64,000 nt of DNA. Source: a virus. Its lineage: Duplodnaviria > Caudoviricetes. The notes under the pieces are model-generated. The model had not been told where the DNA came from. It ran no database searches and saw nothing but the letters and a program-made list of their open reading frames with translations. A program made the translations under genes and the position numbers. The number at the start of each line of letters is the position of its first letter. The stretch's first letter is position 1. Of this stretch, positions 1-9,336 are shown piece by piece. The stretch lies in IMG/VR virus record IMGVR_UViG_3300047320_000196, positions 21-64,020 of that record. One strand, written 5' to 3'.

Positions 1-40
1 ACTGGAATGCGACCGTGTATCAATATGGCGATGTGTAAGA

Positions 41-110
41 GGCGGGTTGTTACAGAGGATGGAAAGAGGAGGTAATTCCAGGTCTGAATATCAGCGAAAT
101 TACCGGGTAG
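41..110 (+). pseudogene. C-terminal remnant of a lambda-family tyrosine integrase, with internal deletion
   Basis: Reads AGCYRGWKEE-VIPGLNISEITG*, matching two separate segments of the integrase at 62659-63774 (AGCYRGWKEEE ... AIPDLNISEITG*). Confidence 0.85.
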
Positions 111-131
111 TTTTGCGCGGGTTTTGCGCAG
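110..131 (+). repeat. 2 x GTTTTGCGC(G/A)G, putative integrase arm-type sites
   Basis: Same motif occurs 4x at 63774-63817 and once at 15222-15232. Confidence 0.7.
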
Positions 132-188
132 GCACAAAAAAACCGATCCATATGATCGGCTTAAGTGTCTGATTTTACTCAGGAATTA

Positions 189-233
189 TGGTCGGGACGG
201 AGTGATTCGAACACTCGACCCCTAGCACCCCAT
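189..233 (-). repeat. att core, copy 1: 3' half of tRNA-Pro(GGG)
   Basis: Reverse complement ATGGGGTGCTAGGGGTCGAGTGTTCGAATCACTCCGTCCCGACCA gives anticodon loop, T-arm and CCA; 5' half absent. Confidence 0.9.
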
Positions 234-393
234 CTCCTTTTTCATACTTCTTGAAAGCTTTCAAAATTTTACTCTGGAATATTCAAAGCTAGTATTTACT
301 TGAGTTTCAGCGGAGTTCTGCTCCACAAAGGTCCAGTAACGTCCATCAAGAGCCGACGTTTTTGTGGGGGAAAAAGTAGGGGGAACCGATTTT

Positions 394-1050
394 ATGGCCA
401 AAATCACCATCAAAGAACTCGAGTCGCTGACCGCCAACGATGCCGGTCGAATCCTCCGGGAGGATGGCAATCTGGCCGGTCGAATCTCCCTGCGTAAGGA
501 CGGTGTGTCGGTCAGCTTTTTCTATCGGTATCGCTGGGGCGACCAGAACAAAGAGTACTCCTGCGGAACCTGGCCGCGCAAATCCCTGACGGACATCCGC
601 AAGGCGCGCAACCAGGCCCGTGCGCTTATTGATGAGCAGATCAATCCCAACGAGCACAAGAAAACCGCGAAGGTGCAGGCATACGCCGCCGCTAACGTAG
701 AGACCGAACACCTAAAAACAACGAAGGTGCAAACACTGACCGTCCAGGATCTGGTCAAGGCCTAGCTGCTGGATGGTGTCGCGCGTAAAGACGGCAATGC
801 CGAGTTGCAACGACGCTTTAACAAGGACCTTATGCCAGCACTCGGCAAGACCGCAGTGAGCAGCGTCTCCGAACATGATGTCCGGGCGCTGATCCAGGCC
901 GTGGTCAAACGCGGCGCTTACCGGCAGGCCATCAGCTTCTTCGCCGACCTCACCCAGTTGTTCAACTAGGCTAGAAAGCGCCAACTCTGGCGGGCGTTAC
1001 TGGTTGAGGGTGATCCGACTGAACTGGTCGACATCTCCCCCCTGATTGCA
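394..1050 (+). pseudogene. Island (P4-like) tyrosine integrase pseudogene, with arm-binding domain
   Basis: Arm-domain-like segment (VSFFYRYRWGDQNKEYSCGTWP); in-frame TAG at 763-765 and 967-969; catalytic domain missing; right end approximate. Confidence 0.8.
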
Positions 1051-1474
1051 AACCTCCAGTCCTTGAAGAGGGCCGCTTCCTTGATGGAGGTGAACCAGGC
1101 TGGTCAGTGGTTCCTGGACGCAGCTCAACTATCAGCTTGCCTTCATCAAGGCCTTGGCTATGCCCTTGAGCAAAACCCTCTGCCAAGCCTTCGGTTTTAC
1201 CCTCCGGGCGCCCTTCAGTCCGCCCCTCAACGCGGCCCAGTTCCACTCCATGGCCTCTACCCGACTCGAAGCCCTCTCCTACGCCGACCAGGTGCTCAGC
1301 TTTCCAAGCCGAGCGCTGCTTGAAACCTACGGCGTCGAGAATGAGGTTGGCGAGACCACTGAAAAAGCCACCCTTTACCGGCATCACGCTTCTGTCAGGG
1401 ACGGGCGATTTTCCTTCTGCCTCGGCCTGGGCCAGAGGTGATGGGGAATTAGGGTCTGTTGTTGGTGAATCCAC
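971..1474 (-). pseudogene. Truncated gene with EG-rich repeats, possibly the N-terminus of a Pseudomonas UvrD-like protein
   Basis: EGRTEGRPEGKTEG repeats; reading degenerates where it collides with the integrase remnant. Confidence 0.3.
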
Positions 1475-1737
1475 TAGCTGAAGGCACCCTGCTGTCCTAG
1501 AGCGTGCCTGACAGACGTGGCACGCCTTTGTGAAGAAAGGTCAGAGGTTAACACCATAATTGTAACGCCAAGCTTCTAACGCCTGGGTTTGCTCTGCCGG
1601 ATGAAATGCAAACTACGAGGCAGAGGCGCTATGAGAGCGTCTGCGAAGCTATGGCAGGCCAGGGTGTTTTGGATTGCTTTGCCCTGAAAAAGAAGCGTAG
1701 TGTCTACTGCTAACGCCTCACCAACGGAGATGGATCA

Positions 1738-2169
1738 ATGAGCAAAAGTTTTCGTGACCGCATCCAGACAATGAATGCGATGTACAAGCTGCCCATCCAT
1801 GAGGCTCCGCACCTCTTCCCGGATGCAGAAGATCGCCTCCTGAAATTCAAGCGGACGCTGCTCGACGAAGTCGCCGAGATCGATGACATTACTGAGCAGA
1901 TTCGTCGAGGAGACGATGCCATCGATGTTCAGGTCGCCATTGCAGACCTTCTCGGCGACGTCATCGTGTATTGCCGCTCCGAGGCAATGAAGTACGGCAT
2001 CCCTCTTGAAGCCGTACTGGAGCTGATCATGGACAGCAACGAGAGCAAGCTAGGTGCCGATGGCAAGGCTATCTACGATGAGAATGGGAAATTCCTCAAG
2101 GGCCCCAATTACTGGAAACCCGAGCCCCAAATCAAGCAGCTCCTGGCAAGCCTCCCGGCCCAAAAGTAA
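1738..2169 (+). CDS. MazG-like / PRA-PH all-alpha nucleotide pyrophosphohydrolase
   Basis: ExxE (DEVAE), DLLGD, and SNESKLG..G...K..KGPNY..P signature. Confidence 0.85.
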   Translation: MSKSFRDRIQTMNAMYKLPIHEAPHLFPDAEDRLLKFKRTLLDEVAEIDDITEQIRRGDDAIDVQVAIADLLGDVIVYCRSEAMKYGIPLEAVLELIMDSNESKLGADGKAIYDENGKFLKGPNYWKPEPQIKQLLASLPAQK

Positions 2170-2192
2170 CCCCACGTTTCAGAGGTGATAGC

Positions 2193-3335
2193 TTGGCAAT
2201 TAACCACGTGGGGAAGTGCCGGAGCCTGGTTGAGATTGAGGAAATCATCTCCCAGATCGAGTACTCCGACAGCGATACCGTGTTTCGCTTCCCTATAGAC
2301 ACCCTCGGCGCTCGACATAGCCCGATGCATGACGCATCGCGACTGCAGATGGTCGTTACGCTCGCTCGCCAAAAACTCGAAGATGACTATCTGGACATTC
2401 ATCCAAACGCTCAAGAACTGGATGCTCAGCAGGCTGTTTGTGATTACTCACCTGGGATTGCAGGGGTTCGGCTGTCCAAGGGAATACGGATTGGTAGCAA
2501 GGAAATTGATCGCCGAGACGTTCTGACCTTCGCGACCAAAAGAATGCAAGCGATGGATGCTCAAGAGTTTGACGACCTTGTCAAGGGGCGCTGTATAGAC
2601 CTCCTGTGCGTCGGAGGTTCCAAAATCCAGTATCTGAAGCCGCTGTTTTCTTCGCGAGGCAAGGCTAAAGAGAAAGACGGCATGGCCCCAGTGATGCGCA
2701 CGCTAGTGGATCGTACAACGCAGCAAAGCAGGGCCAAAGTACCTGAGTCCCTGGTCGATGCGCTCGCTTTGTTCTCTGCTGAGCTTATTCAAAACACCCA
2801 AGAGCACGCGATCACAGACCATACTGGCAGGCCGTATCTCTCGCATGTCGAGGGGGTGCTGATGGGCTGGACACGGTTTTACGAGTCGACCTTCAAAGAC
2901 GATTTCTCTGGCCACCCCGATCTGAACAAATACTGGAATGATGAAGCTGCTAGAACCGAAACCGGAGCCAAGAGCCTCCGGGCATTCGAGATCAGCTATT
3001 TTGACTCAGGGCCAGGGTTAGTCAGCCGCTTCACTGGCAAGCGCGTGCAAGAGATGTCACTCGAAGATGAACGACGAGCGCTTCTCCGTTGCCTGCAGCA
3101 CAAATCAACGTCGAAATCCCAGACAGCAGCAGGTGAAGGCTTGCCCTCGGTCTTGCAAGAGTTGAGGCAGATCGGCGGGCTGATGAGGATCCGCACGGGA
3201 AGGCTGTCGATGTTCAACGCCTTCACGCCTGGCGATAACCGTGACCTCTTTGCTTTCAATGACTGGACTGAAACCAACCTTTCGCCCGTTCAAGGTGCGG
3301 TCATTTCTATTCTCGTACCGCTGAGGGCTCAGTGA
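2193..3335 (+). CDS. Protein with C-terminal GHKL/histidine-kinase-like ATPase domain
   Basis: N-box ELIQNTQEHA, G1 DSGPGL, G2 GEGL, terminal GAVISILVP; GAGGTG RBS before TTG. Confidence 0.7.
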   Translation: MAINHVGKCRSLVEIEEIISQIEYSDSDTVFRFPIDTLGARHSPMHDASRLQMVVTLARQKLEDDYLDIHPNAQELDAQQAVCDYSPGIAGVRLSKGIRIGSKEIDRRDVLTFATKRMQAMDAQEFDDLVKGRCIDLLCVGGSKIQYLKPLFSSRGKAKEKDGMAPVMRTLVDRTTQQSRAKVPESLVDALALFSAELIQNTQEHAITDHTGRPYLSHVEGVLMGWTRFYESTFKDDFSGHPDLNKYWNDEAARTETGAKSLRAFEISYFDSGPGLVSRFTGKRVQEMSLEDERRALLRCLQHKSTSKSQTAAGEGLPSVLQELRQIGGLMRIRTGRLSMFNAFTPGDNRDLFAFNDWTETNLSPVQGAVISILVPLRAQ

Positions 3336-5533
3336 TGGAACGCTTTTATTCCTGGCGGCACCTGAAACACTGCCCCACGCACGGCAGCATTGAAGCCCTA
3401 GTGCTCTGCTATAAACGCTGCCACCTGACCGAAGGCAATGTGTATACCGATGTAGAGACCGCCCTCAAGAGTGATGCCAATCTTCCCGATTGCGTGTACA
3501 TCGTGGGCTCTACCGAGCAATGCAACACGTTCAAGGCAGCCTGGGATCCGGCCAATCTACACCTGCAAACCATGATCAAGCGCGGCATGAAGGCTGGCTT
3601 TGACTTCGTGAAGCAATACACCTTCGTTGAGTGGGATGGCACAAACTTCAATCAACACGCCCTTGGAGCGCATACGGGCCCTTACAACGTGGATCTGAAG
3701 CTTCTCATAACCCGTGGCGTAAACAGCCTTATCGAGAAGAACAGTGCCATTCACCAGGCCCCCTCTGGCCATGTGTTCAAGCACCCTTCCCAACGCCGGA
3801 ACAAGGTCTTCATCCAAGCAAGGGAAATCGCCTCAGGCGAGGCAGAGTTGTACGTCGTCGCATACTTGATCACGCTATGCCACGGGCAGACCCTGCAAGG
3901 GAGCACCAAGGTTTTCATCGATACCATGGGTATCTATGCTTACGTCAAATGCGCCCTGGCCCTGTGCCGCTCCGAGGCAGAGATAGTCAGCTTCCACTCC
4001 TATGATGAGTTGGAGAAGATCAATCCTCCATCAGATCCCTATTTCTGCATTGTCTCCGCCTCGACGTCCGGAAGCATGGCAAAGAAGATGGCAAGCAGCG
4101 TTTGGGATCCTCAGCGAATCGCCACCATCGTCGATGTGACGTCCCAGGGACGAGCCGGCGACGTAATGGTCGCGCTTGATAATATGGGGGTCGCATTCCC
4201 TGACTTGAAAGTCAGCGACGGCACCCTGATCGAGATCATCGGCGAAAATTTCTCGTCAAAAGCCAAGCCTCCTCGACCAGTCGTTCTCGGACAGCCACAT
4301 ACTCCGAAAGCCTTGGCCGATTTCCATCAGTTTTTTGGCTTTTCGATAAACCCTTTCAATACCCGAGTTGGAACGAAGAGCAAGCTGCTGCAGCTTGATG
4401 TCATCGAGTTGCTGGAACACGCAGAGTTTAAGAAATGGCTCGACGCAGAAATTGACTGGTCATTCCCCCTGACCGTAAGTCACGTTATCCACGCCGATGA
4501 CGAGGCTTCCAAAGCTCTCGCAGTGATCGTCGTGGCTCGCCTGCGCACTCGCTTGGCTGCTGGTTCGTCGATTACGGTGCTTCCATACCACGAACTGGAG
4601 AAGGACAACTGCAAAGACGCCACCGGCGTAGTGATCGTTTCCACCGTCGCCCGAGATGGCGGCGTGCTTCGCGAAATCAGTCGCGATCTGCGTTCGTACA
4701 TCAAAGCGTACATTCCGAGGCATTTTCTTTCCCCGATCGGTATCCCCCAGACGAACGCGTCATGGAACCAATTGCGTATGTTCTTGGTTCGCAACTCCAC
4801 GACCAGGGAGTACGGCTTTTCCAACTGGATACAGCTCCCACTTGGTGAAGACTCCAATGACAACTCTTGGCATCGCTTGATCGAAACTCACAAGGCTCAT
4901 TCGGAACAAAACATCCATGACCTAGGCCTTGAGCACCTGCCCAACACCTCCAACATCCTGCCGTCCCTCGATCTAGCTGGAAAGGCAGCCTTAAGTGCGT
5001 TTCGAGGATTTTTGCTTTCGCCACGAGGCAACTCGCTGCGGCTCTCAGAAGGTTTTCTCTTTTTCGGAAACAAAACCGAGATTGCCAGGCGCTACGCTGA
5101 CGTTGAGCCCAGCATGGTGCACCTCACAATGGCAGCCGTGCTCCAAAACGCCCGGGAACACAAAGATCACGAAAGGCGTCTCTGCCCCAACGGCTACGAG
5201 TCGGTCGTATTGGCCCCAGAGTGCTTCCTCAGATTCAACGAGGCCATCCTGCAAGCGTGCATGCTGAGGGCATGCCACCCAGCGGAGTTGGACTACTCAT
5301 CCAGCCCTGAGCTCAGCAAGGTGATGAAAGAGCTGTTAGTGAAGGTGTTTGCACGTTCGGACAAGGACTTCGGCGACGCAGCCCTTGAGTTCGCTGCTGC
5401 CATCGCCGTAGGCTCGCTTCGGCTGGCGAAAACGGATATGGAAACTCTGCTGGACGATGCGCTGAAGCAGCACGCTGGCAATACGTCCGAATTGCTCGGG
5501 ATGCTTGTGCTGGCCAAGCAAGCTAATCACTAG
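3335..5533 (+). CDS. Large protein with two degenerate type I PRTase-like domains
   Basis: GHVFKHPS OPRTase-like hood; PRPP-loop-like CIVSASTSGS and VIVSTVARDGG lacking the acidic pair; TGATG overlap with upstream gene. Confidence 0.6.
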   Translation: MERFYSWRHLKHCPTHGSIEALVLCYKRCHLTEGNVYTDVETALKSDANLPDCVYIVGSTEQCNTFKAAWDPANLHLQTMIKRGMKAGFDFVKQYTFVEWDGTNFNQHALGAHTGPYNVDLKLLITRGVNSLIEKNSAIHQAPSGHVFKHPSQRRNKVFIQAREIASGEAELYVVAYLITLCHGQTLQGSTKVFIDTMGIYAYVKCALALCRSEAEIVSFHSYDELEKINPPSDPYFCIVSASTSGSMAKKMASSVWDPQRIATIVDVTSQGRAGDVMVALDNMGVAFPDLKVSDGTLIEIIGENFSSKAKPPRPVVLGQPHTPKALADFHQFFGFSINPFNTRVGTKSKLLQLDVIELLEHAEFKKWLDAEIDWSFPLTVSHVIHADDEASKALAVIVVARLRTRLAAGSSITVLPYHELEKDNCKDATGVVIVSTVARDGGVLREISRDLRSYIKAYIPRHFLSPIGIPQTNASWNQLRMFLVRNSTTREYGFSNWIQLPLGEDSNDNSWHRLIETHKAHSEQNIHDLGLEHLPNTSNILPSLDLAGKAALSAFRGFLLSPRGNSLRLSEGFLFFGNKTEIARRYADVEPSMVHLTMAAVLQNAREHKDHERRLCPNGYESVVLAPECFLRFNEAILQACMLRACHPAELDYSSSPELSKVMKELLVKVFARSDKDFGDAALEFAAAIAVGSLRLAKTDMETLLDDALKQHAGNTSELLGMLVLAKQANH

Positions 5534-5753
5534 AATGACCCGCTGAAAGTCGGCTTGCCGGCCATGGCATGTCGAATACGGAGAGACCAAGCAGTAGTTC
5601 AGGCAATGAAGTGGCAAATTCGATGGGCCCAATCAACGGCTCACTAATCTTGCTGGGCTACGGATCTGCGAGCCAGACGGTGGCGTCCGTTGGGACAGGC
5701 AGCATGAGCTGCCTGGTCTCGTTAGGCTGAAAACTCCTAGCGCGGCTGATGGA

Positions 5754-5865
5754 TCAATTGAGCCACGACTCAACAGTTCCCGCACCATACTGTACTTTCC
5801 AGGCCTTAAGACCTTTGTGATTTCCCCCTTTGCTCTCTATAAATTCACCCGTGTGGGGATTTACC
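5754..5865 (-). pseudogene. C-terminal DNA-binding fragment of an MvaT/H-NS-family protein
   Basis: NPHTGEFIESKGGNHKGLKAWKVQYGAGTVESW is the MvaT-family signature; oligomerisation domain absent. Confidence 0.8.
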
Positions 5866-6074
5866 TGATAGTGCCCCGGCAACATCGATTCGACAGTGCA
5901 CCACGGCAATTTTTCGGTCTGAGCGATGGCGTCCACACTGTACAGTGGACGTCATGCATGCCATCGGAGCTGATTCGTCGTAAGCAGTGACGATCGCGTT
6001 GATCTAACCAGAGACGGTGACCTCTCCAGGCCATCCTCCGCTGAGCCACCAATTGAGCAGTGCAAGGATTCGCG

Positions 6075-7682
6075 ATGCCCAGATACCTCAGTAACAGCGC
6101 AATACGTCTTTTGGAAGCGAGCCAAGAATCTTTGGCCTTGGCGCTGCATTGCCTGGGCACTCCAAATCGGGGAAGCCTGAGAGTTGAGGTAGCTCGATAC
6201 TCCCCCGCGATTGGATTGATCGGAGCCGCCGCTGAGCAGGCTTTGGCTGCAATTATCGTTCAGGTTCGGGGCGATGAGGCTCTGGCTGCGTCCCCCACCC
6301 AGTACAAAAGCGCGCGACAGATTTTGTCGGACATGAGGGATTTACTCCGCGCGCCCATTCCTGCCAGCTCTTTCCTGACCGCAGGCGTAGCCGACCCCGC
6401 TCAACACCGCGAGTCGATCCTGCAGGCGTCAGAAGGATTTTCTGTGCTTTTCACCTACCGGGCGACCGGGCTCCATGCTGGCCTTGGTTTGTCTCGCACA
6501 GTGACACTGAAACAAGCCGTGAAGGTTCACAGTTTCCTTGAGCTCCTATCCAGGTCAACTCGTATCCGCGCCTATATGGATCGGTTGCCGATACCACCAG
6601 ATGAAGTCATCGACCAGACTGTATTGATTGATGACCTCATTCAAAAATTCCAAAGCACCGATGCAATTACCGAGCGGGTCAACGCCTTACGATCTTTGTT
6701 CCTGATCCTCCCCGAAGTCCCCCCAGAAGCACCGGAGTGGCTTGAAGCGTTTGACCGCTCCGTAGTCTCGCCACGCCCTGCTGACATCACTTTGCTTTTG
6801 GAAACACTTGAACGCGCGGCACCAATGAGGTTCCGTCGCATGAATGCAGGGGGCCAAGCACTACCAGTAGTTGTCCGGCCAAACGACCCAAATGCGTTAC
6901 CTATCGCCTTGCAGGACATGCGCCAAGCCTTTGGCCACGCGCGTGAGCAGTTTGGCGCAGACGTGGGAAATGCAAATGGACGACTCGATCAAGGTATTCT
7001 GGATCTGCCCCCAGAGTCCTTCTTGCTCGATTTGTGCCTCCAAGGCCCTGAGCAGCTACGCGAGACTCTGGATCGGCAAACGCTCACCGGTCAAGAGGTG
7101 TGGCCTTTCGTGGCTACTGCATTGAACCAGCAAGGAACAGAGCGCCCATACTGGTTCTTGGTATCGATGGTCGACGACATCGGTCAGCTAATCGGCCAGC
7201 TTCGCAGGGCTTCGGCGGTATCGGCTCAGGGACAGTTCAAAGAACGCTGTACCGCAGCCATCAGAGCCCTTGAGGCCAAAAGACAGGAGCGCACACTTCC
7301 GCCAGCTACTGAAATTGCGACCTTTACCGTCACACAATCTGCTGCGGCTGAAACCGCACGAGAAAGCATCCCCGACTCGATGGAGCGCAACGAAGGCACT
7401 GTTCGTGAAGCCTCTTTGGAAGCAATGCCGCCACTAGCCGCGTTATATGCCGGCGAATTCACTGCCGGCCAGGCTTTTCCTGCGGTGTATGCGTCCGAGA
7501 ATCCAGATTCTAAGAAATACTGGACTCGCCAGTTGCTCATAGCAGCGACCGATGCCAGCGACCGCTCAATGCTCATCACTGCCCTGCGAGACCCTGAATT
7601 CGCCAACCTAAAGACGGATGCTCGAAAAGCGCTGCGCCTGGTAGATATTCTGACCTACGGGCCGAATATCGAACTAGGGTGA
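6075..7682 (+). CDS. Protein with putative N-terminal HEPN (DUF3644-like) domain
   Basis: Helical N-terminus with Rx4H motif (RATGLH); AAGGA RBS; 535 aa. Confidence 0.5.
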   Translation: MPRYLSNSAIRLLEASQESLALALHCLGTPNRGSLRVEVARYSPAIGLIGAAAEQALAAIIVQVRGDEALAASPTQYKSARQILSDMRDLLRAPIPASSFLTAGVADPAQHRESILQASEGFSVLFTYRATGLHAGLGLSRTVTLKQAVKVHSFLELLSRSTRIRAYMDRLPIPPDEVIDQTVLIDDLIQKFQSTDAITERVNALRSLFLILPEVPPEAPEWLEAFDRSVVSPRPADITLLLETLERAAPMRFRRMNAGGQALPVVVRPNDPNALPIALQDMRQAFGHAREQFGADVGNANGRLDQGILDLPPESFLLDLCLQGPEQLRETLDRQTLTGQEVWPFVATALNQQGTERPYWFLVSMVDDIGQLIGQLRRASAVSAQGQFKERCTAAIRALEAKRQERTLPPATEIATFTVTQSAAAETARESIPDSMERNEGTVREASLEAMPPLAALYAGEFTAGQAFPAVYASENPDSKKYWTRQLLIAATDASDRSMLITALRDPEFANLKTDARKALRLVDILTYGPNIELG

Positions 7683-7719
7683 CCACGATCCGTTCAACGA
7701 CATCGGAGCCCCCCTGCGC

Positions 7720-9096
7720 ATGCCTCGAACCCAGCAAAACCTCACCAGTCTGCGAGATACCTTCAGTCAGATCTTGGGCAACCAGAAAGACCACTACACG
7801 GATACACGGATCCCTGAATTGCTTTTCAGGCTAGGGCTGGATGATTGCACTGAGTACAGCTCCAAAAGGCAACACCTTGAGAAAGCAGTAGAAGCTTCGA
7901 GTGATGCTCAAATGTTGGCTGCCGCTCAGACGGCCTTGGAACTGATCGGCTTTGCGGCTCATGAGCGAGACCAGCTTCAAGAGCTGGTGTGGGACGATGG
8001 AACAGCGCCTGTCATCCCCGGTCGTTACCGAAGAGAGCTGGCAGAAAGGCTCAACCCCATCGAGCTTTTCATAGACAGGGCTGCTTTTGAACACGTGCTC
8101 GGTGAGTTCTGGCAAATCGACACGATGTCGTTTGTGAATTTGCTGCGACCGACCCCGACACTTCGCCAAGAAATTGTCCGCCACTACATCGAAAATCCCG
8201 ATTGGGATGCGGTGACGATCTTCGACAAGCTCGGAGCGTTTCAGTCCTCGCATGCCCGATTTGGCCGATTCGTCGAAGCCTTGGCTTCCTCGCGGGTATT
8301 GCCCAGCGAACCCGCTCAGCGAAAATTCATTGAGATCGTCAACGATACCCTCAAAACGTGTGGAGTCCACATTGTCGTCGGGGTGGGGGACGATGCCTTC
8401 CTGACGGCCTCCTTGGCTTACGTAGGATCAGCCAAGCAGTCCTCCCCCAAGAACCTGATCTTCGCCTCCACCACGAAGCCAGATCTGCGACTCGGCAACG
8501 CCCTGGACAACGATATAGAGGTGATGTCCGACCCAACGGATATCCTGATCTATGACCGACCTATCGGAAGCACCGGCCTCTTGTGGCGCGACCTACAGGC
8601 TTGGTATGCCCAAACCTATGACATCGAGGAAGGCCAGGCCAAAAATCGCCTATATCGGCGCCTGGAGGCCTGCCTGCCTAAATCATCGCCCCCTCAAGCG
8701 CTAGCCTTCAGCAGCTTTTTCAAGGCCTTCACGACACTCATTCCTGAACTTCCAGTCTTACTGCCCGAGGTCTGGTTTCACTGGGATCCCCTGACGGTCT
8801 CACGGCGCGGCAAGGAGGCATTGCTCAGGTCGCGCATGGACTTCCTTCTACTATTGCCGGGCGGGGTGCGGGTTGTCATCGAGATTGATGGCAAACACCA
8901 CTATTGCGATGCAACCGGACGCTCAAGTCCCCACCTCTACGCCGAGATGATGGCAGCTGACAGGGCTCTAAGGCTGGTGGGGTATGAGGTCTATCGCTTC
9001 GGTGTTCACGAGCTTCAGCAGCCTAATGCCGAGGAGGTGCTGATAATATTCTATCGCTCGCTGTTTGAACGTTACTCATTGCTACCGGCACCGTGA
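7720..9096 (+). CDS. AbiJ-N-terminal-domain protein with C-terminal Vsr/DUF559-like endonuclease
   Basis: KNLIFAS..KPDL; RMDFLLLLP...VIEIDGKHHY; DRALRLVGYEVYRFG. Confidence 0.75.
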   Translation: MPRTQQNLTSLRDTFSQILGNQKDHYTDTRIPELLFRLGLDDCTEYSSKRQHLEKAVEASSDAQMLAAAQTALELIGFAAHERDQLQELVWDDGTAPVIPGRYRRELAERLNPIELFIDRAAFEHVLGEFWQIDTMSFVNLLRPTPTLRQEIVRHYIENPDWDAVTIFDKLGAFQSSHARFGRFVEALASSRVLPSEPAQRKFIEIVNDTLKTCGVHIVVGVGDDAFLTASLAYVGSAKQSSPKNLIFASTTKPDLRLGNALDNDIEVMSDPTDILIYDRPIGSTGLLWRDLQAWYAQTYDIEEGQAKNRLYRRLEACLPKSSPPQALAFSSFFKAFTTLIPELPVLLPEVWFHWDPLTVSRRGKEALLRSRMDFLLLLPGGVRVVIEIDGKHHYCDATGRSSPHLYAEMMAADRALRLVGYEVYRFGVHELQQPNAEEVLIIFYRSLFERYSLLPAP

Positions 9097-9336
9097 TTCA
9101 CTGATCCCATAAGCCGAAGATCGCTTAGCCTGAGCGCTGAAAAACTTTCCGCGAAGTAATTGATCAACGCCGATGCTTGCGGCCTCTTCCTGGATTCATA
9201 TTGCTCCTCCAAATCCACAGATGGCACCATGTGGAAGACCTGATCATCACGATAGAATTTCAGCGAGACGCTGGGATGCTCACCCTCGCCCCCCGAAGGC
9301 TCACATTTTCAAAATCTACCAAGGAAATCGAAATTC

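Noticed and set aside
189-233. tRNA-Pro genes at 189, 15060 and 63875
   Set aside because: Only the 3' half is present; D-arm and 5' acceptor strand are missing, so these are att duplications
971-1474. EG-rich repeats resembling FliH/Yae1
   Set aside because: No flagellar or T3SS context; low-complexity truncated remnant
2193-3335. Ordinary two-component sensor kinase
   Set aside because: No TM or sensor domain, no clear H-box and no response regulator nearby
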